Below, piece after piece: positions 9,889 to 23,305 of a stretch of 64,000 nucleotides of DNA (positions are counted from its first letter, which is position 1; each line of letters opens with the position of its first letter). The notes beneath the pieces are model-generated. The model did not search any database, was not told the DNA's origin, and was given only the letters and a program-made list of their open reading frames with translations. The position numbers and the translations under genes are program-made. Source of the DNA: Bythopirellula sp. (GTDB lineage Bacteria > Planctomycetota > Planctomycetia > Pirellulales > Lacipirellulaceae); NCBI GenBank assembly GCA_965216565.1, contig OZ244170.1, forward strand, positions 2,784,001-2,848,000, given 5' to 3'.

Positions 9889-10710
9889 CTAGCTGCTAGC
9901 GCTGCGGTAGCTCCATAGGGCGCGTTTGAACACCCAGCGACTGCCGATCAAGCAGGCAATTGTCGCCACTACTGCGAATGCTGCGAGGCGGGCGAATTCT
10001 GCCGATAGGGGCTTGGCCAACGCTTGGGCTGGGACGTTGATGACCACTAGAATGGGCACGACGTAGGTGAACAGCAATTGCAAGGGAGTGCCCCACGCAC
10101 CCTTGTAGATTTCCATGGGGTAGCGGGAAAAGTTGGTGATGTAGAACCAAAAGTCGTACAGCGATTGGTTTCTGCCTAGCCAAATACTCGTGGCTGCCAG
10201 CGTGATCATCACACTGTAGAGAATTAATACGCCCAACAAAATATAGAGCGGATATAGGATAAACTGCCAAAGCGAAATCTCCAGCCCCTCGATTCTTGGC
10301 AGGGAATAGGCCAACAGCAACAGAGCCACAAAAAAGTTGCCCAGCGACGACCAGTTCACTCGACGCAGCGAGACTAAGAACTGCGTATCGATCGGTTTCA
10401 GTAGTGCAAAGTCGAGCCCTCCGGTGCGCACCAGCTCGCTCAATTCCTGTGCGTTGGGCATGAACAAGGCTTGCACCAGGCTATTCACGAACATCGTCGT
10501 GGAAATGAACACGAAAAACTCGTATTTGTCCCACCCTTCGATGTTGGGCGTGAACTGGTACACCAACGTATAGAAGCCCAGATTCATAATCATCCACGAC
10601 ATCGAAGAAATCACTTCGATAAAGAAATTTGCGCGGAACGTCATGTCGCGAATCAAACTATTCCGCGCAAACATGAGAAACACTTGCAGGTAGGAGGGAT
10701 GACTCTTCAT
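9889..10710 (-). CDS. ABC-2 family transporter permease (DUF990-like)
   Basis: GGLDFALLKPID and RYPMEIY motifs, ~6 TM, ends YRSASS. Confidence 0.88.
   Translation of the reverse strand: MKSHPSYLQVFLMFARNSLIRDMTFRANFFIEVISSMSWMIMNLGFYTLVYQFTPNIEGWDKYEFFVFISTTMFVNSLVQALFMPNAQELSELVRTGGLDFALLKPIDTQFLVSLRRVNWSSLGNFFVALLLLAYSLPRIEGLEISLWQFILYPLYILLGVLILYSVMITLAATSIWLGRNQSLYDFWFYITNFSRYPMEIYKGAWGTPLQLLFTYVVPILVVINVPAQALAKPLSAEFARLAAFAVVATIACLIGSRWVFKRALWSYRSASS
9903..9952. repeat. 50-bp direct repeat, copy 2 (inside the permease 3' end)
   Basis: Identical to 8902-8951. Confidence 0.92.
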
Positions 10711-10712
10711 AG

Positions 10713-10826
10713 GTGTGATGTTAGATGTTTGATTGTTGATTGAGCACTGAAGAAGCAACCTGGGATGCTACGATGACAGCAGTAATACTCACATCTGCAA
10801 TCGAACATCTCAGATCATACATTCCA
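10713..10826. repeat. Heptamer-periodic inverted repeat in intercistronic spacer
   Basis: tgtgatg-ttagatg-tttgatt-gttgatt faces cacatct-gcaatcg-aacatct-cagatca-tacattc. Confidence 0.5.
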
Positions 10827-11642
10827 TCATCCTCCAAACCCACTGTAACGGTGAAACCCGCGGTTCATGAGGTAGCGGCTTGTGAAGATGAAGAATATGG
10901 CCCAACTGGCTTGGATGATCAGTCCCTGCGTCAGCTCCGGGCCTTGTACCTTGCCTAAGAAGACCGCGGCCGGAAAATATGCCAGGTATTTGAATGGTAA
11001 AAAATCGACCACGGTCTTCCACGGTTCCGGCAGGATCTCCAAGGGAAACATGTGGCCGGAGAAGAAGAATGTGAACAACATATACACAAACAGTAGCGAG
11101 CTCACTTCCAAAAACCAAAAAGAGATCATGCCCATCGAGCACTCAAGGAAGAATCCCACGACGAACGCCAACACCAACGATAGCACGAACGCGGCGAACA
11201 CTTCGGAAGGGGGCCAACCGGGAAAGTAGCTGCGGCAAAGATAATAGACTAATGCAAACGGCCCCGCTGCAACGACATAATAGACCAGTTTGTGGGCGAT
11301 CCGCGCCAGTAGCAAGAAGCCGATCAAGTCGATCGGCTGGATCATGAACTTCTTGATTTCGCCCTCGCGCACCTGTCGGCCAATTCCCGAGGCCAAACCC
11401 GGCATGCTGGAAAAAGCTCGCGCCAGCATGGTTAGCAAGTAATACGCAATGACGTCGTTCTTTGTATAACCCTCGATCAAGTCCGACCCGGCAGCTGCGA
11501 ATACGGCGGTCCACAGAAAAATCTGTGTGACGATCGGCAGAAACCGCATCAATGTGCCTAGGGCGAAGTCGCCCCGATATACGAGGCGCTCTTCCAGACA
11601 GATGCGGAGGATCGTCCACCAGGTATTTACTTGGGCAAGCAT
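10827..11642 (-). CDS. ABC-2 family transporter permease
   Basis: VYRGDF, VREGEIKKFMIQP, FSGHMFPL and LPFKYLAYFP motifs; ~6 TM. Confidence 0.88.
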   Translation of the reverse strand: MLAQVNTWWTILRICLEERLVYRGDFALGTLMRFLPIVTQIFLWTAVFAAAGSDLIEGYTKNDVIAYYLLTMLARAFSSMPGLASGIGRQVREGEIKKFMIQPIDLIGFLLLARIAHKLVYYVVAAGPFALVYYLCRSYFPGWPPSEVFAAFVLSLVLAFVVGFFLECSMGMISFWFLEVSSLLFVYMLFTFFFSGHMFPLEILPEPWKTVVDFLPFKYLAYFPAAVFLGKVQGPELTQGLIIQASWAIFFIFTSRYLMNRGFHRYSGFGG

Positions 11643-11680
11643 GGCGGGGAGGCTGGAGACTTGAGGGTTCTGGGCTACGG

Positions 11681-12694
11681 TTAAGGAGCGGAGGTGGCTG
11701 GAAGTTCTTCTTTTTTTTCAGCGGAGCGAGAGAACATTTCGGCGATGACTTCTTCCAAAGGGGGATCCTCGACGCTGACATCTTCGATCGTGTTATTGGC
11801 AAGCACCGAAGACAGCACGCCCGCGATACTGCCCCGATCAACGCGGAGCCGGGCCTTGGGAGCAACAATCTCTAGCACATCGCCGTATTGAGCCAGGTCG
11901 CTTGGCATTCGATCGTCGGCAAACTGCAAAGTCAGAATCTTATGTCCACTAAACGAGTCGACGATCCCATCCAAAGAACCGTCGTACATAATCTCCCCAT
12001 GAGCAATCACCACCACGCGCTGGCACAGTGCGGCGACGTCTTTCATATAATGGCTTGTCAGCAGCACCGTGATTTGCCGTTCTTCCTGATAGTGCTTCAA
12101 GAATTTCTGGATGTTATGTTGGGCCACCACATCGAGACCAATCGTGGGTTCGTCCAGAAACAGCACATCGGGAGAATGCAACAGTGCCGCGATCAGTTCC
12201 ATTTTCATCCGCTCACCCAAGGAAAGCTCGCGAACAGGTTGCCCGAGCAGATGCGTGACGTCCAGCAGTTCGCAGAGCTCGTCGCTTGTGCGGCGGAAGT
12301 CGGTGGGATCGATGCGGTAGATTTTCTGATGCAGTTGAAAGGACTCCTGCGCCGGCAAGTCCCACCACAATTGATTTTTTTGCCCCATCACCAATGCAAA
12401 CCGCCGGCGATATTCGTTTTCGCGTTTCCACGGCACATGGCCTAGCACATGAGCCTCGCCACCCGAGGGACTAATCACACCGGAAAGCAATTTGAGCGTG
12501 GTCGTTTTACCGGCACCGTTGGGTCCCAAAAAGGCGACGAACTCACCCTGTTCTACATCCAAATCGATGCCCCGTACGGCATGTACGTCGCGGTAGTCCC
12601 GCTGGAACAACCCAGTGAGCGAAGCCCGCAGGCCCTCTTTTTTTTGATAGACGCGGTACGACTTCTCAAGCCCGCGGATTTGGATGGCATTCAT
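11681..12694 (-). CDS. ABC transporter ATP-binding protein
   Basis: Walker [15 protein letters not shown] signature, Walker B LFLDEPT, TSH. Confidence 0.95.
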   Translation of the reverse strand: MNAIQIRGLEKSYRVYQKKEGLRASLTGLFQRDYRDVHAVRGIDLDVEQGEFVAFLGPNGAGKTTTLKLLSGVISPSGGEAHVLGHVPWKRENEYRRRFALVMGQKNQLWWDLPAQESFQLHQKIYRIDPTDFRRTSDELCELLDVTHLLGQPVRELSLGERMKMELIAALLHSPDVLFLDEPTIGLDVVAQHNIQKFLKHYQEERQITVLLTSHYMKDVAALCQRVVVIAHGEIMYDGSLDGIVDSFSGHKILTLQFADDRMPSDLAQYGDVLEIVAPKARLRVDRGSIAGVLSSVLANNTIEDVSVEDPPLEEVIAEMFSRSAEKKEELPATSAP

Positions 12695-12858
12695 AGATAG
12701 CCGATTATAGGCTCGTCTCTGCGGTGCGGACAGTGTGGCGGGAAGAGATGGCTCGTTTTGCCGTCTCCCAGCGTTATCCCGTTAATAGACCGATAGGGAC
12801 CGATATTGAATTGTCGGGCAATAGCAGGTACCCATTCTAGGGTAGTTTTGGAAGAATG

Positions 12859-13035
12859 TAGCCACAGAGCCCACAGAGAGAAGTGAGAAGGCCTGGACTT
12901 GATGATTCGGATGCTGGTTCGTATCGGGAGCTAAGAAAAAGTAGTTTGTTATAAGACCTGGCCTCAAGAAACCTTCCCCAGCAGAGGTCTAGCAAAGACT
13001 GTTCTTCTCCGTCTTCTCTGTGATCTCTGTGGCTA
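12859..13035. repeat. CACAGAG-type long inverted repeat (MITE-like)
   Basis: tagccacagagcccacagagag ... tctctgtgatctctgtggcta arms about 130 bp apart. Confidence 0.6.
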
Positions 13036-13104
13036 GATGAACTAAACAAGCTTCCAAGAGCAACCGACCCCTCGCCGGCAGTTTCTCAACACCGATAGTA
13101 CGAT

Positions 13105-13983
13105 ATGCCACAGAACGACAAGACACTGATGAAACGCCTCGAAAAAATCTTCCGGCCGTGGGCGATCCCGAACATTACCGGCCTCATAATCGCCGGGCAG
13201 ATCGTCCTGTACGTCGCATACAAGTTACAAGCAGCCCAGGGGGTGGGCGGCAATGTTTTTAGCAAGCTCGAACTTGATCCTAGCAAAGTGCTGGAAGGTG
13301 AAGTCTGGCGAGTCGTCACATTCTTGTTCATTCCCTTCTCGCTCGATATCATTGGCGCAATCTTCGGCTGGCTGATTTTTTATATGTTCGGCAATGGTCT
13401 GGAGAGTATCTGGGGAACGGTTCGATACAACCTTTTCTTATGGATCGGTTTCTTAGCCAACGTCGCTGCGTCCTTTCTCACGGTGATGCTACCGGCAGAG
13501 CATATTGCCAACAACGGGTTCTTCTATGCCACAGTCTTTTTGGCATTTGCCCGCATCAATCCACATTACGTGCTTCATATTTTCTTTATTCTGCCGATCC
13601 AAATCAAATGGTTAGCACTACTGATGTGGCTCGGCTATGCATTTGCCTTCATCCAAGGCGACTGGATGAATCGACTGTTAATTGTGGCCTCAGTGGCTAA
13701 CTATCTGCTCTTCTTTGGTAAGGAACATTGGCAACAAATCAAAAGCGGCCAGCGGCGACGTACCTACCAAGCTAAGACCAAAGCGGCAACCAAGAGCCTA
13801 GTGCATGAGTGCCTGGTCTGTGGACTGAATAGCGAGACGGCACCGCGGACGTTGTTCCGCTATTGCTCTAAGTGCGATGGGCAGTGCTGCTATTGCCCCG
13901 ACCATATTCACGACCACGAGCATGTTACAGGAGACGGGACGGCGTCGAGCGATACGGAACTGGCTGAATCGGGCGAGCCGTAG
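13105..13983 (+). CDS. Rhomboid/Derlin-like membrane protein with C-terminal Cys/His zinc-finger
   Basis: GEVWRVVTFLF rhomboid-superfamily WR motif; no GxS catalytic motif; C-terminal HECLVC...CSKC...CYCPDH. Confidence 0.7.
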   Translation: MPQNDKTLMKRLEKIFRPWAIPNITGLIIAGQIVLYVAYKLQAAQGVGGNVFSKLELDPSKVLEGEVWRVVTFLFIPFSLDIIGAIFGWLIFYMFGNGLESIWGTVRYNLFLWIGFLANVAASFLTVMLPAEHIANNGFFYATVFLAFARINPHYVLHIFFILPIQIKWLALLMWLGYAFAFIQGDWMNRLLIVASVANYLLFFGKEHWQQIKSGQRRRTYQAKTKAATKSLVHECLVCGLNSETAPRTLFRYCSKCDGQCCYCPDHIHDHEHVTGDGTASSDTELAESGEP

Positions 13984-14034
13984 GCGACCGCGTCTTGCGG
14001 AAGTTCGTGTAGACCCTCCAGCGACGTCACTAGC

Positions 14035-14094
14035 TGTCATTCCAAGGTCTGCCGAGGAATCTGGCTAGATCCCTCGGCAGACCTCGGGATGACA
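14035..14094. repeat. GTCATTCC...GGGATGAC palindromic REP-like element between convergent genes
   Basis: tgtcattccaaggtctgccgaggaatct-ggct-agatccctcggcagacctcgggatgaca. Confidence 0.75.
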
Positions 14095-14143
14095 AACGAC
14101 TTCGAACTTGAGAACTACGACTTGCACACCCGCAATAGCTCGA

Positions 14144-15463
14144 CTAAGCCGCTTCTTTCGCTGCACTTCCACCGTTACCAATCAACGGCAACAACAGTTC
14201 AACAGTCTCAGTAACGGCCCCTTGCTGAGAGATCACCAACTGCTGAGCACGTTGCCCCAAGGCCTGTGCCCATTCGGGTTCTTCCAGAACACGACGCACA
14301 AACTGCTCCAGCTCGTCGGCATTCTGCACCACCTCGGCCCCATCGGCAGCCAAGAGTTGGGTAACGATGTCGCGGAAGTTTTTCGTTTTCGGCCCAAAGC
14401 AGGCCGCCACCCCGTAAGCGGCGGGCTCCAGCATGTTTTGCCCGCCACGGCTGCCAAAACTACCACCCACGAGGCCGATGGTAGCCAGGCCCCACCAGGC
14501 GCCAAGCTCGCCGACGGTGTCGACAAGGATAGCAGGAGCAGGAAGACGGAAACTGGATGGTGAGTTTACGGAGCGACGCGCATAGGCAACGCCAGAGTCT
14601 TCTAATAACTTTGCAACTTCGTCGAATCTTTCGGGATGTCGGGGCACGAGCACCAATCGCAAAGTTGGATACTCCACGGATAGCCTTTGGTAAATATCAA
14701 GGGCATAGGCCTCTTCGGGAGCTTGCGTGCTGCCTGCAAGAAAAACGATATCGTCCGCTGAGTAGCCAAACTGTTCGCGGAGCTGGGCCGTCTTCGGATT
14801 GTTGCGATCTGATTCCACACCATCGAATTTAACCGAGCCCGTAATTTGCACATTGTTCGGTGTGGCACCAAGCTGCTGAAATCGATTGGCTGTCTCGCTA
14901 TTCTGCGCTGCGATCAGGTCGATCTGCCGGAGGATTCGGGAAACGATTATGCGCAATCGCCCATAACCCCGAAAGCTATTATCGCTCAAGCGGCCGTTGA
15001 TCACCGCTACTCGTGAGCCTTGACGCTTCGCGGCACGAATCAAGTTCGGCCACAACTCCAGCTCCGCCAACACCAGCACGTCGGGTCGGACACGTCGGCA
15101 AGCAGCGGCCGTGGCCCAAGTAAAATCAAGCGGACAGTAAAAGACTGTATGAGCGGAATACTTTCTCTGTGCGAGGTCAAAGCCAGTTTTGGTGGTAGTG
15201 CTGACGACAATCTCGCAATCGGGTCGACGCTCCACAAGCTCGACTATCACTTTAGCTAGCAGGTTCACCTCACCCACGCTTACCGCATGCAGCCATACGC
15301 AGGGTCGATTCCCAGCCCGCAGCGGAACGTGCCCTAGAAACTTTTCCGCAAAGCCCTCGCGGTACTTCCCATGACGCACAGCCGACCACACAATCCAAGG
15401 CGAAGCCAGGACGATCGCTACACCATAAGCGGCGCTCAGCAGCCAAGAGAAAAGTAGAGACAC
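14144..15463 (-). CDS. waaA: 3-deoxy-D-manno-octulosonic acid (Kdo) transferase
   Basis: WLHAVSVGE, ELELWPNL, NGRLS, GSVKFD, AGST, VPRHPER and GGQNMLEPA motifs. Confidence 0.95.
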   Translation of the reverse strand: MSLLFSWLLSAAYGVAIVLASPWIVWSAVRHGKYREGFAEKFLGHVPLRAGNRPCVWLHAVSVGEVNLLAKVIVELVERRPDCEIVVSTTTKTGFDLAQRKYSAHTVFYCPLDFTWATAAACRRVRPDVLVLAELELWPNLIRAAKRQGSRVAVINGRLSDNSFRGYGRLRIIVSRILRQIDLIAAQNSETANRFQQLGATPNNVQITGSVKFDGVESDRNNPKTAQLREQFGYSADDIVFLAGSTQAPEEAYALDIYQRLSVEYPTLRLVLVPRHPERFDEVAKLLEDSGVAYARRSVNSPSSFRLPAPAILVDTVGELGAWWGLATIGLVGGSFGSRGGQNMLEPAAYGVAACFGPKTKNFRDIVTQLLAADGAEVVQNADELEQFVRRVLEEPEWAQALGQRAQQLVISQQGAVTETVELLLPLIGNGGSAAKEAA

Positions 15464-15569
15464 TCGGGATTCCTTTCCCTACACGGATTGATTACAGAAG
15501 GAAACGGACGTGACGGAATCGAGATTGGATCTTACTCCGAGAGCGTAGTTGCCTCCGACAAGCCAGCGA

Positions 15570-15725
15570 TCAAACCAGTTGATTGTTGTTGGATATTGTG
15601 TGAGCAATCGCACTCGATCCGTATAAAATAGCTCCTGATATGAGGAACGCTTCATTAGCACCGACCAGGCCAAACACGAGCGCAAGTATAGCTAGAGCAA
15701 AGCCAACTCTTACAGCGACATTCAT
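15570..15725 (-). CDS. Small hydrophobic hypothetical protein (51 aa; not in ORF track)
   Basis: Hand translation MNVAVRVGFALAILALVFGLVGANEAFLISGAILYGSSAIAHTISNNNQLV; GGTGGA upstream. Confidence 0.45.
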   Translation of the reverse strand: MNVAVRVGFALAILALVFGLVGANEAFLISGAILYGSSAIAHTISNNNQLV

Positions 15726-15765
15726 GTAGATCCACCATTCACGTTATTGATATCAATGTCAGCAG

Positions 15766-16062
15766 TTAGAATTGCAGCCTCTCGATATCCATAGCGGAAT
15801 GTATTACGGCCAATACATAGACTGCATTTTGCTTCTTATACTCCTAGATTATCCGATAGTGACCGTAGATCAACTCACGTACTTCACAATCCGAATACTC
15901 CTGATAGCGAAAACCCAGTTCTGGATGGTCAACTAGGATTTGAGCCTTTTGAAAGATCCCTAGAGTCACGTTTGTTGCTGCCTCAGGGCTCCGTTCTGAG
16001 AGATAATCTCCGATATCCCGCAAAAGACGTAGAGCTTCTTCAGTTCAGACTAACTTCGCCAT
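15766..16062 (-). pseudogene. RelE/ParE family toxin with two in-frame stops
   Basis: MAKLV*TEEALRLLRDIGDYLSERSPEAA...LVDHPELG...VRELIYGHYRII*EY...VYVLAVIHSAMD; TGA at 16045-16047, TAG at 15844-15846; start overlaps the antitoxin 3' end. Confidence 0.82.
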
Positions 16063-16247
16063 GATTTAATTCTTCGCAACGCCTCTTCGCTGGACACTAC
16101 ACTTCCACTATCAACGTCTTTGAGGCCACTCTGAATCGCTCGCCGACAAGCCAGTTCCCTGAGAAGTTCGTCGTAGGAACTATCATCGGGCTGCTCTTTT
16201 AGAATCGAAATCATTTGTTGTTTGGCTGAATCGTAAGCAGTCGACAT
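16050..16247 (-). CDS. Putative antitoxin of the ParE/RelE module
   Basis: QPDDSSYDELL...IQSGLKDVDSGSVVSSEEALRRIKSW pattern typical of ParE-linked antitoxins; upstream of and overlapping the toxin. Confidence 0.75.
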   Translation of the reverse strand: MSTAYDSAKQQMISILKEQPDDSSYDELLRELACRRAIQSGLKDVDSGSVVSSEEALRRIKSWRS

Positions 16248-16283
16248 TTGAGAATATTCCTAAATCCAGAATTCGGGCTCACA

Positions 16284-19976
<3,693 letters not shown>

Positions 19977-20807
19977 AAGAAATTGACTAGAGAGGATCTA
20001 GATAGTGATTTATTCGAGAGCCGCAATTCGCATCTCACCGAGTAACAATTTGCGCAGAATGGTAGCGAGATTTGGCCAGTATGCCGAAAGATTCTGCGAC
20101 ACGTTTTTCCGCTAGAAATCAATTGCAGACCGGCCGCAAATTGCGCAACTTCCTCGCAGCAAAAAGTTTATTGCGATTTCCGATCTGGGTCAAGGTACGT
20201 TGGACGGCCCTGCCTCGTCGCAACTGTTTTACCAGCAACAGCTTACGAAGCCACCGGGGAAGACGAGACTGGGGCCAGACTAATAGAACCTAGAGGGGTC
20301 GGTCAGTAACAGCGAGAAGACTCCTAGTCATATTGCGCATCCGACGTGAGAACTTGGAACAAATCTCTGCAATCTCACTCTGCCAATCTTGAAGCAAGAG
20401 ATTGATTCATTCGCGGCGCGATTAGGATTCTACAGTACGGGAATCCACTAGAGAAAGCGATTGCAGGTTCACATGACGTATCATTTCGGATGACAATCTG
20501 TCCAATGGGCGTGGGAACTCCGGCAGCAATCTATACTACTGCCAATCTATTTGGCATAATCTACGCACTTAGGCGAGGGAAGAATAAAGCTACTTGTCCG
20601 TCGACATTACTCGTCAGTATTACGAAAAGTTAGGGTCGTGGCTCACTCGCTTTTCGAGATGCTGTGATCTATTCAAAGCTCAGGGCCTGACGGAGTTCGC
20701 TGAGGCGATTCTCGGTTAGGTACCGAACATTGTCATTCTTATATGGTGGTTTGATCGGTCTGACGGTCTCTCTATTGTTGAGTCCGGGGTGCAAGAAAGG
20801 TTTGAGT

Positions 20808-22178
20808 GTGTTGTCCGTCAATCGCATGAGAGTCAATATCGAACTGCTGCCTGCTGGAATGAGCTTGCAGCATCCGATCTTCGATGAGCAAGATAATCAG
20901 CTACTTGATGGTGGTGTACTGCTATCTGGTAAAGTACTTGAAGAACTTAAAAGCGGAGATCGGAAATGGGTGATGCTCCATACGATCGATGGGGCCATGG
21001 TCATCGGTATGGAAGAGGATTCTTCCGCCTCGAAGGAGGAGCCCGGGGAAGACTCTCATGGAAAACCGAAACGAATCTCACGTTCGATTCCCAGTCTGTC
21101 AACTGTTAATGCACGCGTGGAGTCGCTGACCGAAACTGCTTCGTATTCGGTAAAGAACCAAGGCCCGGCACTGAAAGAATCGGTGGTTAACAAGGGAACT
21201 TCGCCGTACGACAAAAAGCAGTTCGAAGAGCTCAAGGATCGATATTCCAAAGCCACCAAGGTGATCGACAAGCTTATTGACGATGTGTTGGCGGGCAAAG
21301 CAGATGATTCGCAGCCCCTCGATGCGGTTGCTGCAAGTCATGTTCGTGAACTAACCGCTGAAGACCCCGATCTTGCCCTGTTCACAGCGAGCAATCTTTC
21401 CTTGAGTCCCGAAATGGCGGAAAGATCGATCCGGCTTTCACTGCTTTCGATCGCCATGGCCGTCGATTTGGGTTTCGATGATTCGCACGTTCGAGAAGTC
21501 GGATTGTGCGCCATGGTTTGCGATTGGGGGAAGTACTTCTTGCCCGAAAGGCTCCAGGACGAATCGGCTTCTATACTGAGCCGGGATCTAGAAGTCTTTC
21601 AAGCACATCCGCTGTATACGGCCGAATTGATTTCTTCGATGGATGGAGTTTCACGGGAGGTCCGTCTCGCGGCCACGCAAGTTTTTGAAAACGCCGATGG
21701 CTCTGGATATCCCAAGGGACTCCAAGAGTCGAAGATCCACCCTTATGCCAGTGTGCTGCAGGTGGCGAATATCTATTTGACGCTAACCTCGAAGACGCGC
21801 GGGCGGGAACCGTATACTCCCTACGATGTCATGGTTTATCTGCTGCACCAAATCAAAGCGGGTCGTGTGTCTCAGCCGGCAGTACGAGCACTGTTGAATT
21901 CAGTCTCTCTGTTTCCAATTGGCAGCATAGTGGAACTGGAAGATGGCACGCACGCAAAGGTCATCCGTCGCAACCAAGCCGAATACACCTCACCGGTTGT
22001 GCAAAAAGTCGGTACTGATCACCAGCTGCGGTTTGATCAGGCTGAAAACGATGTTGTCGATCTGGCTGCTGCCAAACTGAAAGTTAAATCTGCCATCGCC
22101 TCGATTGAGCGCAACGAACAGCGGATCGACAAAGACCTGATGGACAAAGTGCTTTGGTCTGCGTCAGAAGAAGGCTAG
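20808..22178 (+). CDS. Degenerate HD-GYP domain protein
   Basis: DGSGYPKG present, but HD replaced by CD (VCDWGK) and HHE by VFE; start uncertain (20730, 20808 or 20826). Confidence 0.78.
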   Translation: MLSVNRMRVNIELLPAGMSLQHPIFDEQDNQLLDGGVLLSGKVLEELKSGDRKWVMLHTIDGAMVIGMEEDSSASKEEPGEDSHGKPKRISRSIPSLSTVNARVESLTETASYSVKNQGPALKESVVNKGTSPYDKKQFEELKDRYSKATKVIDKLIDDVLAGKADDSQPLDAVAASHVRELTAEDPDLALFTASNLSLSPEMAERSIRLSLLSIAMAVDLGFDDSHVREVGLCAMVCDWGKYFLPERLQDESASILSRDLEVFQAHPLYTAELISSMDGVSREVRLAATQVFENADGSGYPKGLQESKIHPYASVLQVANIYLTLTSKTRGREPYTPYDVMVYLLHQIKAGRVSQPAVRALLNSVSLFPIGSIVELEDGTHAKVIRRNQAEYTSPVVQKVGTDHQLRFDQAENDVVDLAAAKLKVKSAIASIERNEQRIDKDLMDKVLWSASEEG

Positions 22179-22245
22179 CGAGCCGAAATGCCTTCCATTC
22201 TCTGTGAAGAGTCAGCACCCATATTTTCAACGCATGTGTGGATCT

Positions 22246-22419
22246 TTACGCATTACCGCTATGGCGTTGAATGGTGTAACCCAACAAGAAAAGACCTACG
22301 GACATCACCAGAAACTGCAGCATACGTCCCGTGGAAATCGACTGGTTCAGCTGCGCCACCATCGCGAGTGGTGGAATGGTCAGCCCGGCTAGTTGGAGTA
22401 ATCTTGCTATGCTATGCAT
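22246..22419 (-). CDS. Small two-TM membrane protein
   Basis: MHSIARLLQLAGLTIPPLAMV...MLQFLVMSVGLFLLGYTIQ, two hydrophobic segments. Confidence 0.6.
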   Translation of the reverse strand: MHSIARLLQLAGLTIPPLAMVAQLNQSISTGRMLQFLVMSVGLFLLGYTIQRHSGNA

Positions 22420-22547
22420 GTTTAGCAACCTAACCGTGTAAGCTACACTTGGCAAGAGTGGCTATGCAGCGGTTGGGGGAGATTCTAGCTCCGCCCTCTC
22501 CTCCTTGGCCTTCATCGCATCATTCATCGATTCTTTCCAAGCTTACC

Positions 22548-22982
22548 ATGACTGCAAACGCTCCCGACTCCGATCGCCCTAGTTTAACTATGCTTATCTG
22601 GCGTGGTTTGCGTTTGCGATGTCCTGCGTGCGGCGAAGGCAAGATGTTTCGCAATTGGCTCACGATGCGAGACCCCTGCGAAGCGTGTGGCAGAAAGTTT
22701 AATCGGGCGCCAGGTTATCTATTAGGCTCGATCTATTTCAATTATGGCGCCACGGCAACGCTGGTCGTGTTGATGTACTTTGGGTTCTACCTCTCGGGAA
22801 TTCTCACTGGCAAGGCGTTGCTGGTGTTGCTTACCGTCTTCTCACTATTGTTCCCGCTGTGGTTCTTCCGCTATGCACGCGGACTTTGGATTGCCTTCGA
22901 CGAACTATTCGATCCCTGGCCCAACGAACAAGAAGTGCGTGTGCTAGACAAAGAGAAAGCCGACAATCCCGCTACGGAGTAG
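22548..22982 (+). CDS. DUF983 domain protein
   Basis: RGLRLRCPACGEGKMF...CEACG zinc-ribbon plus two TM helices. Confidence 0.8.
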   Translation: MTANAPDSDRPSLTMLIWRGLRLRCPACGEGKMFRNWLTMRDPCEACGRKFNRAPGYLLGSIYFNYGATATLVVLMYFGFYLSGILTGKALLVLLTVFSLLFPLWFFRYARGLWIAFDELFDPWPNEQEVRVLDKEKADNPATE

Positions 22983-23277
22983 TCTCTACAGGATCGACCG
23001 CGTGCCCCGCTGCTAGAGCTTCCTGTTCTCTGGCTTTGCGAACCGAAAGATAGGCGAAGCTTCCAAACGTGCCGATGATAAGAAATGGCATCGACATCAT
23101 AAAAAGGATGCTATAGAAGTAGCCCGCGGCCATTGCCTGCGTGCTGGGGTCGTTCTCTGCCAAACCATCTTTGCAGGTGGGGCATGCTGCGGCATCACCA
23201 GCCATCCAGGCAATAAGCAGAATTGCCAATAGCGGTGCGACGACGCGGAGCAACATTGTTATTCGGTTTCGGATCAT
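22972..23277 (-). CDS. Small membrane protein with CPxC motif (oxidase-cluster accessory)
   Basis: Signal-like N-terminus, ACPTCKDG, TM segment YSILFMMSMPF; last gene of the oxidase run. Confidence 0.7.
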   Translation of the reverse strand: MIRNRITMLLRVVAPLLAILLIAWMAGDAAACPTCKDGLAENDPSTQAMAAGYFYSILFMMSMPFLIIGTFGSFAYLSVRKAREQEALAAGHAVDPVETTP

Positions 23278-23305
23278 AGGGCTATACCTCTTATCCAATT
23301 CTAGG

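Noticed and set aside
15766..16062. Stop-codon recoding (TGA=Trp, TAG readthrough) in the toxin frame
   Set aside because: Many well-supported genes in the window terminate at TGA and TAG; nonsense mutation is the simpler explanation
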